64,000 bases of DNA from Pseudobdellovibrionaceae bacterium (GTDB taxonomy: Bacteria; Bdellovibrionota; Bdellovibrionia; Bdellovibrionales; Bdellovibrionaceae), in assembly GCA_044359815.1 (NCBI GenBank), contig JBIKLL010000005.1, positions 1 to 64,000 of the forward strand. Direction: 5' to 3'. A program made the position numbers and the translations under genes. Under the pieces are notes generated by a model. The model made no database searches. It was not told where the DNA came from and was given only the letters and a program-made list of their open reading frames with translations. Within the stretch, counting starts at the first letter, position 1. Each line of letters starts with the position of its first letter. Positions 58,868-64,000 of this stretch are shown in pieces.

Positions 58868-59784
58868 ACAGGCCCTATTTTTGTTTCCTTGATGGCGTCG
58901 TCTTCAGTCGACAAACGGTTTTTTAATTTAGCGCCCAGGTCCTCTAGCTCTTTGAATTCATCCTTTGTGCGCAGCCTGAATTCGCGAACTTTGCCATCCA
59001 ACAAATCATTTGTAAATTTCTGAAACGAATATATTGGCCCGGCAATATTGTGCGAAATAATTTTTCCAGCCGTAAATAAAATCGCGCAACATCCAATGAC
59101 CACCAATGAAAAGGTCATCACAAAGGGCAGTAGAAATCGATCCAGAATCACCGTGTTGTTACCAACAATTTCCAGGATCGTGACCCGCAAGTAGGTGTAA
59201 AAGAAAACCAAGCTGACTAAGCCAATACCCAGCCCCACACTTAGCAACAGCATGCAGTATTTCAATTGAAACTTCATATTGATCCAATACTGTTTGCGGG
59301 CATTATTTTCGGGCCACAGAATGTCGCCGTCACGAATGATAGAATAAACAATCATGCCGTATCCAATCCATTGAATGGCATCTGCCAGATTGAAAGCAGG
59401 ACTAGTGATGTTCACAGTGCCAACAACAATAAAATCAATCACGTGACCATAAATGATTCTGTCGGTGACGTTGCCTAAAATCCCACCTAATAAAACCGAC
59501 AGACCTGTTCTTAGAACCAAAGATCTGATTGGTAGCAAATATTGAATCAGGGCGTAGGTGCAAACCAAGAAAGCTCCACCGGTCGACAACGATACGACCC
59601 GCAGTACGGGTGGCAGATCTGCAAACAATCCCAACATTGCGCCTGGATTGTGATGTAATACGAATCCAAAAAAACCATATGATTTGATTCCTACCAGGCT
59701 GTCAGCCCATTCTTTGGTAATGCGGTCAATAAACCAAGTCAGAAACAAGGGTACAAACACTATGAACCATTCTCTGTTCTTCAT
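58864..59784 (-). CDS. lspA: Lipoprotein signal peptidase with C-terminal 2TM-HAMP extension
   Basis: D..TK, N.GA, GGILGNVTDR, VIDF and FNLAD motifs, then SHNIAGP...LRTKDEF. Confidence 0.9.
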   Translation of the reverse strand: MKNREWFIVFVPLFLTWFIDRITKEWADSLVGIKSYGFFGFVLHHNPGAMLGLFADLPPVLRVVSLSTGGAFLVCTYALIQYLLPIRSLVLRTGLSVLLGGILGNVTDRIIYGHVIDFIVVGTVNITSPAFNLADAIQWIGYGMIVYSIIRDGDILWPENNARKQYWINMKFQLKYCMLLLSVGLGIGLVSLVFFYTYLRVTILEIVGNNTVILDRFLLPFVMTFSLVVIGCCAILFTAGKIISHNIAGPIYSFQKFTNDLLDGKVREFRLRTKDEFKELEDLGAKLKNRLSTEDDAIKETKIGPV

Positions 59785-60747
59785 TTAGTTCCTTCCTGCG
59801 GTGACGATTTTGTTTCGTCCCATTTCCTTAGCTCTGTAAAGCGCTTGATCAGCGCCTTCAATAATTGCTTTATAGGTTTTTCCCATCAAAGGAAAATTGC
59901 TTATACCCAGACTGATTGTGATGGGCTTTTTGTCTTTTGAAAACTCTTTTTCAACGGCTGACCGTAATCTTTCAGCCACAAGCTCAGAAGACTTCAAATC
60001 AGTGTCTGGTAAAATAACAGAGAACTCTTCACCACCATAACGACAGACAACATCAAAGTTCCTTAGGTGCTTTTCAAATAATCTGGAAATTTTAAACAAA
60101 ATTGAATTTCCTTGTGGATGCCCTTCGCTGTCATTGTATTCTTTAAAGTGATCGATATCTATCATCAGCAGACCCAGTGGTCTGTTATGGCGTTTTGCGC
60201 GCTCCAGCTCTGTTCCCAGGCAGGATTCAAAGTACCTGAAATTTTTTAAATTAGTAATGGGATCTGTGATCGCCTGTTGTTGTAATTCTGCTTTCTCTAA
60301 AAATATGCGAGCCAATTGTGATGCCTGCAGCATTTGCAGTCTGAAAGTCTCATTGTCCCAAGGCTTCAGGTAACATGAATGAATCCAATTATTATCAAAC
60401 GCAGGTTGGATCAGTTTCCAGTCAACATGACCTGATACCAAGATTCTAACTGTGGCTGGCGAAATTTTGCCGATCGATTTCAATAGCTCCAGACCGTTTT
60501 GACCTGGCAACAAATAATCAGCAATGATGATATCAGGATTATGACTTAAAAACTTACCAGAACCTTCATCAAAACTGGAAGCTGTTTCGACTTTAAAATC
60601 CTTGGACAAAAGTTTTGCCAGATTATTGCGAATGATTTCTTCATCATCAACAATCAGAAGCTTCAGTTTCTGATCAGGAGATTCTGTTAAATGCATATCG
60701 CTGTGTTCGCTCATGGTTGTGGTGATCCTGTTTGTTGGTGCTAACAC
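59785..60747 (-). CDS. REC-GGDEF diguanylate cyclase
   Basis: Receiver domain; DIDHFK, I-site RNFD and RYGGEEF motifs. Confidence 0.93.
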   Translation of the reverse strand: MLAPTNRITTTMSEHSDMHLTESPDQKLKLLIVDDEEIIRNNLAKLLSKDFKVETASSFDEGSGKFLSHNPDIIIADYLLPGQNGLELLKSIGKISPATVRILVSGHVDWKLIQPAFDNNWIHSCYLKPWDNETFRLQMLQASQLARIFLEKAELQQQAITDPITNLKNFRYFESCLGTELERAKRHNRPLGLLMIDIDHFKEYNDSEGHPQGNSILFKISRLFEKHLRNFDVVCRYGGEEFSVILPDTDLKSSELVAERLRSAVEKEFSKDKKPITISLGISNFPLMGKTYKAIIEGADQALYRAKEMGRNKIVTAGRN

Positions 60748-60804
60748 TTGATGTTCAATAACCTTTCGGTTGAATCACTTAATTTCTGCAGATAAGATTT
60801 TGAT

Positions 60805-62232
60805 ATGACTCAAATATTTTATTTTTTAATGTGTCTATGCCTGCCCCTTTTCGCTAACTCACAATCCGCCCGTCTGGTCGAGTCTTTAAAATCCAAGCTT
60901 CAAGCTGAGATTTCAAAAGCTAAAATCCCAACCAAGGACCTGGGGCTTATTGCTACGATTCATTCTGATGCGTCAGTGCAAGAAATTTTTGAACTGAATT
61001 CTGATAAACAATTCACCCCGGCTTCTATCACCAAGCTGATAACAGCAGCAGCAGTGTTGAATCAAATTCCGCCGGGAACTCGGTTTAAAACATTTTTGTA
61101 TTTTAGAGGGAAGCCTGAGGGCGAAACCTTGAAAGGTTCTGTTGTCTTGGCTGGCAGCGGAGATCCTTCATTTGTGTCGGAAAACATGTGGTTTTTGGTA
61201 AACGCTTTTACGCGAACCGGAGTGCGAAACATTCAGGGCGACATTATTATTGATAGTACGATTTTTGATTCGGTAAAATTTGATGAAAGCCGCGAAAAAG
61301 ACCGCGTTGATCGAGCCTATGATGCCCCGACCAGTGGAGCTTCTTTTAATTGGAATTCTGTAAATATTTTTGTCAGACCGTCCAAATCAGGGCAGCCCGC
61401 CAGTGTATTTTTAGATCCTGAAAATCAATTCACTCATTTGGTTAACAAGGTTAAAACTGTGGCTGCCGGCAAAAAGACCGAAGTGTTTTCAGACAGACTG
61501 GATTCTAATGATGGTAAAAACACTATTAAAGTTTACGGTCAGATCGCAGAAAATGATAAAGAAGTCACAATTTTTAAAAACATCACTCAACCTGATCTGT
61601 GGATCGGTAACCAGCTTGTTTCATTTTTAAAACAAAGAGGCGTGACAGTTAGTGGTAAAGTCATTGTGGGAAAATCTAATGCCAGTGATGTGGTGGCAGC
61701 TGTTTCTGAATCCAAACCTATCGAACACATGCTGTCTGATATGAATAAATTTTCGAACAACTATGTGGCAGAAATGTTGACAAAACAATTAGGATCTTTG
61801 TCCAGTACACCCGGGACAATTGAAAATGGTGTTCAGAAAATGCGAATCTATCTTAAGGATATAGGGATCCCTGAAAAAGAATATGTTTTACTGAGCCCTT
61901 CGGGATTAAATCGCGATAATCAATTTACGGCTAAGCATTTTTTAACTGTTCTTACTGCAGTTCAAAAACAATTAAAACTGTACCCCGAATTTCTGTCGTC
62001 GCTGCCCATTGCCGGTGTTGATGGGACTCTGAAAAATCGAATGAAGGGGACTCCGGCTGAAAGGTGGGTCAGAGCCAAGACTGGATATTTGAATTCTGTT
62101 ATCAGCCTGGCTGGTTTTGCAGGACGTAAGGATGGAACTGTTGTTCCCTTTGTTTTCATTTTTAATGGTTCAGCCGATGAAGCAAAAGTGAGATCATTAT
62201 TTGATCGCTTGAGCACAATATTGGTGGAGTAA
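60805..62232 (+). CDS. dacB: D-Ala-D-Ala carboxypeptidase/endopeptidase PBP4 (S13)
   Basis: PASITK (SxxK), GDP, SNN and KTG motifs. Confidence 0.94.
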   Translation: MTQIFYFLMCLCLPLFANSQSARLVESLKSKLQAEISKAKIPTKDLGLIATIHSDASVQEIFELNSDKQFTPASITKLITAAAVLNQIPPGTRFKTFLYFRGKPEGETLKGSVVLAGSGDPSFVSENMWFLVNAFTRTGVRNIQGDIIIDSTIFDSVKFDESREKDRVDRAYDAPTSGASFNWNSVNIFVRPSKSGQPASVFLDPENQFTHLVNKVKTVAAGKKTEVFSDRLDSNDGKNTIKVYGQIAENDKEVTIFKNITQPDLWIGNQLVSFLKQRGVTVSGKVIVGKSNASDVVAAVSESKPIEHMLSDMNKFSNNYVAEMLTKQLGSLSSTPGTIENGVQKMRIYLKDIGIPEKEYVLLSPSGLNRDNQFTAKHFLTVLTAVQKQLKLYPEFLSSLPIAGVDGTLKNRMKGTPAERWVRAKTGYLNSVISLAGFAGRKDGTVVPFVFIFNGSADEAKVRSLFDRLSTILVE

Positions 62233-62233
62233 C

Positions 62234-63661
62234 GTGAACAAGATTTTAAAGTTTATACTGATAGTTGGAGTTATGGATGGTTTTATTGCCTGTTCACATG
62301 CGCAATCAACCGCACCAGAACCTTCAGCGGTGGATGCAGCAGATACCAGATATCCAGCAGTCAGTGATGAGGAAGTCCCCGACGACACACCTGTACAGTT
62401 TGAGGAAATTGCTGGTAATCAGTCATTAACTGGTAAAAGACCTTGGCGTCCACCCAATTATGCCAGTCAAGAAAACAGCATGGGTTACAGTAAAGAGGTT
62501 TTTGATATCCCTAAGGGCTTAGAAACTAACGTAAAATTTTGGACAGATATTTACACCAAGTACACGACAGACCAAGGGGTCTTGCATGATTCTGAACACA
62601 TTGATCTGATTTATAAAGAAATCGACTTCAGATCCATTTCTTCCAGAGGTGATTTAGACATTTATCAAAAAGAAAGAGCCAAAATAAAAATTCTGAAGGA
62701 AGCTAAAAAACAAATTATTTCGATGTTGAAAAAGCTGGAAGAGATCAAAGACCCCAGTGAACTGAACGAGGAAGAAAAGCGTATCTGGGAAGCTTTTAAA
62801 AACGAAGAAACTCCTAAAAAATTCAAAGTGGCTCAAGGTAAAAACAGATTGCGATTTCAGTTGGGCCAACGTGACCGAGTGATCCAGGGGATCTTTTTTT
62901 CGGGCAGGTATCTGGAAGAATTTGAAACTATATTTCGCGAACAAGGAATCCCGATTGAACTGACGCGAATTGCATTTGTTGAAAGCTCTTTTAACGTCAT
63001 GGCTCGCAGTAAAGTTGGTGCCAGCGGTATTTGGCAAATCATGCCCTACACTGCAAAAGGATTTATGAAAAAAGATCCGGCTTTTGATTTGAGAAATCAT
63101 CCGATTGAAGCCACTAAATTAGCCGCCAAATTGTTTCGCAATAACTATAATATGCTAAAGGCTTGGCCGTTAGCTGTGACTGGTTACAATCATGGACCTG
63201 CAGGCGTGCTCAGATTAACCAAAAGATATAAAACCAGAGAGCTTGGGGAATTAGTTGAAAATGTCAGTTCCAGTAAATCATTTGGCTTTGCCTCTAGAAA
63301 CTTTTACGCCAGTTTTTTAGCAATTTTAAAAATTGAAGCTGAAGCACCAAAATATTTTGGTCAGGTTCAATGGTCAGAACTATTAAATCAAGTGAATCTG
63401 AAAACCGAATTTCCTATCAAATACGCTGATCTGTTAAGATGGTTTGATGGCAGTGATGAAAAACTGCAGATCTATAATCCTCACATCAATAAAATTGCCA
63501 GAACAGGCAAAAAAGACATTCCAGCAGGAGTGGTTGTATCGGTGATGAAGGACAAAGAAGAAATCGTCAAAGCAGAACTGACTGATGCCCAGAAAATCAA
63601 AGAGGCCAGAAACCAACAGGTTTCGGCCCCCTCAATCAATCGAACCGCTAACTCTTACTAA
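62234..63661 (+). CDS. Lytic transglycosylase (SLT/MltD-like)
   Basis: VESSF, A.S.VGASGIWQIM and YNHG motifs. Confidence 0.9.
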   Translation: MNKILKFILIVGVMDGFIACSHAQSTAPEPSAVDAADTRYPAVSDEEVPDDTPVQFEEIAGNQSLTGKRPWRPPNYASQENSMGYSKEVFDIPKGLETNVKFWTDIYTKYTTDQGVLHDSEHIDLIYKEIDFRSISSRGDLDIYQKERAKIKILKEAKKQIISMLKKLEEIKDPSELNEEEKRIWEAFKNEETPKKFKVAQGKNRLRFQLGQRDRVIQGIFFSGRYLEEFETIFREQGIPIELTRIAFVESSFNVMARSKVGASGIWQIMPYTAKGFMKKDPAFDLRNHPIEATKLAAKLFRNNYNMLKAWPLAVTGYNHGPAGVLRLTKRYKTRELGELVENVSSSKSFGFASRNFYASFLAILKIEAEAPKYFGQVQWSELLNQVNLKTEFPIKYADLLRWFDGSDEKLQIYNPHINKIARTGKKDIPAGVVVSVMKDKEEIVKAELTDAQKIKEARNQQVSAPSINRTANSY

Positions 63662-63680
63662 TTCCAGTTGCCCTGGTAGT

Positions 63681-64000
63681 TTTGAATTTTAGAAAATATT
63701 TCTATGATTTTACATCTTGAGAATACTTGCTAACGGCCGCAAGCTCATCTCTCGTATTGCTTGCATGCAAAGGTAATTTGTTTTTACTGTTTTTAGACAC
63801 ATGCAGCGAGCGCGCGGGGCATATCTGGTGTTGAGTCATTTAGATTAATCAGTTTTATGATAATTTTTTAATCGTAAAACTGATTAATCTAAATGACTCA
63901 ATACGAGAGATGAGCCCGCGGCCGTTAGCGAGTGTCTAAAAATAGTGAAAAAAATTAACTTTGCATTTATGCAACACCAGATATGCGGCGGTAAATTAAA
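63681..64000. repeat. Family A element A3 (truncated by window end) with an opposite-orientation copy (63765..63966) nested inside
   Basis: Outer core-R rc at ~63724, inner core-L/hairpin/core-R, then outer core-L rc running off the window. Confidence 0.9.

Overview
About 40% GC bacterial chromosome segment. Gene content and order (smpB-rsmA-tsaD-cpoB-pal, flaG-fliD-fliS plus a GT9 cluster, rsmD-coaD-aspC, lspA, dacB, several L,D-transpeptidases, many secreted orphans) suggest a Bdellovibrionota-like predator; this is inference, not a database result. The window starts in the 3' end of an ISL3-family transposase inserted just beyond tRNA-Leu(TAG). An accessory stretch (~18.6-40 kb) carries: (i) a divergent locus with a putative hot-dog-fold enzyme and an ICMT-type membrane methyltransferase facing a 6-TM class III nucleotide cyclase with a non-canonical active site (candidate signal synthase/receptor pair); (ii) a BrnTA module whose toxin has an in-frame stop; (iii) a LysR(NhaR-like)-TerC-HtpX-baeRF-HPF stress/hibernation cluster; (iv) secreted orphans. 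The strongest non-coding signal is three families of long palindromic elements. Families A and C have conserved asymmetric cores inside variable self-complementary stems; family B has ~30-bp terminal inverted repeats around variable cargo. They nest inside each other (A in A twice, C in B twice), and several B ends coincide with stop codons of flanking genes. No cognate mobilising enzyme is visible in the window. All product calls come from motif recognition by eye.
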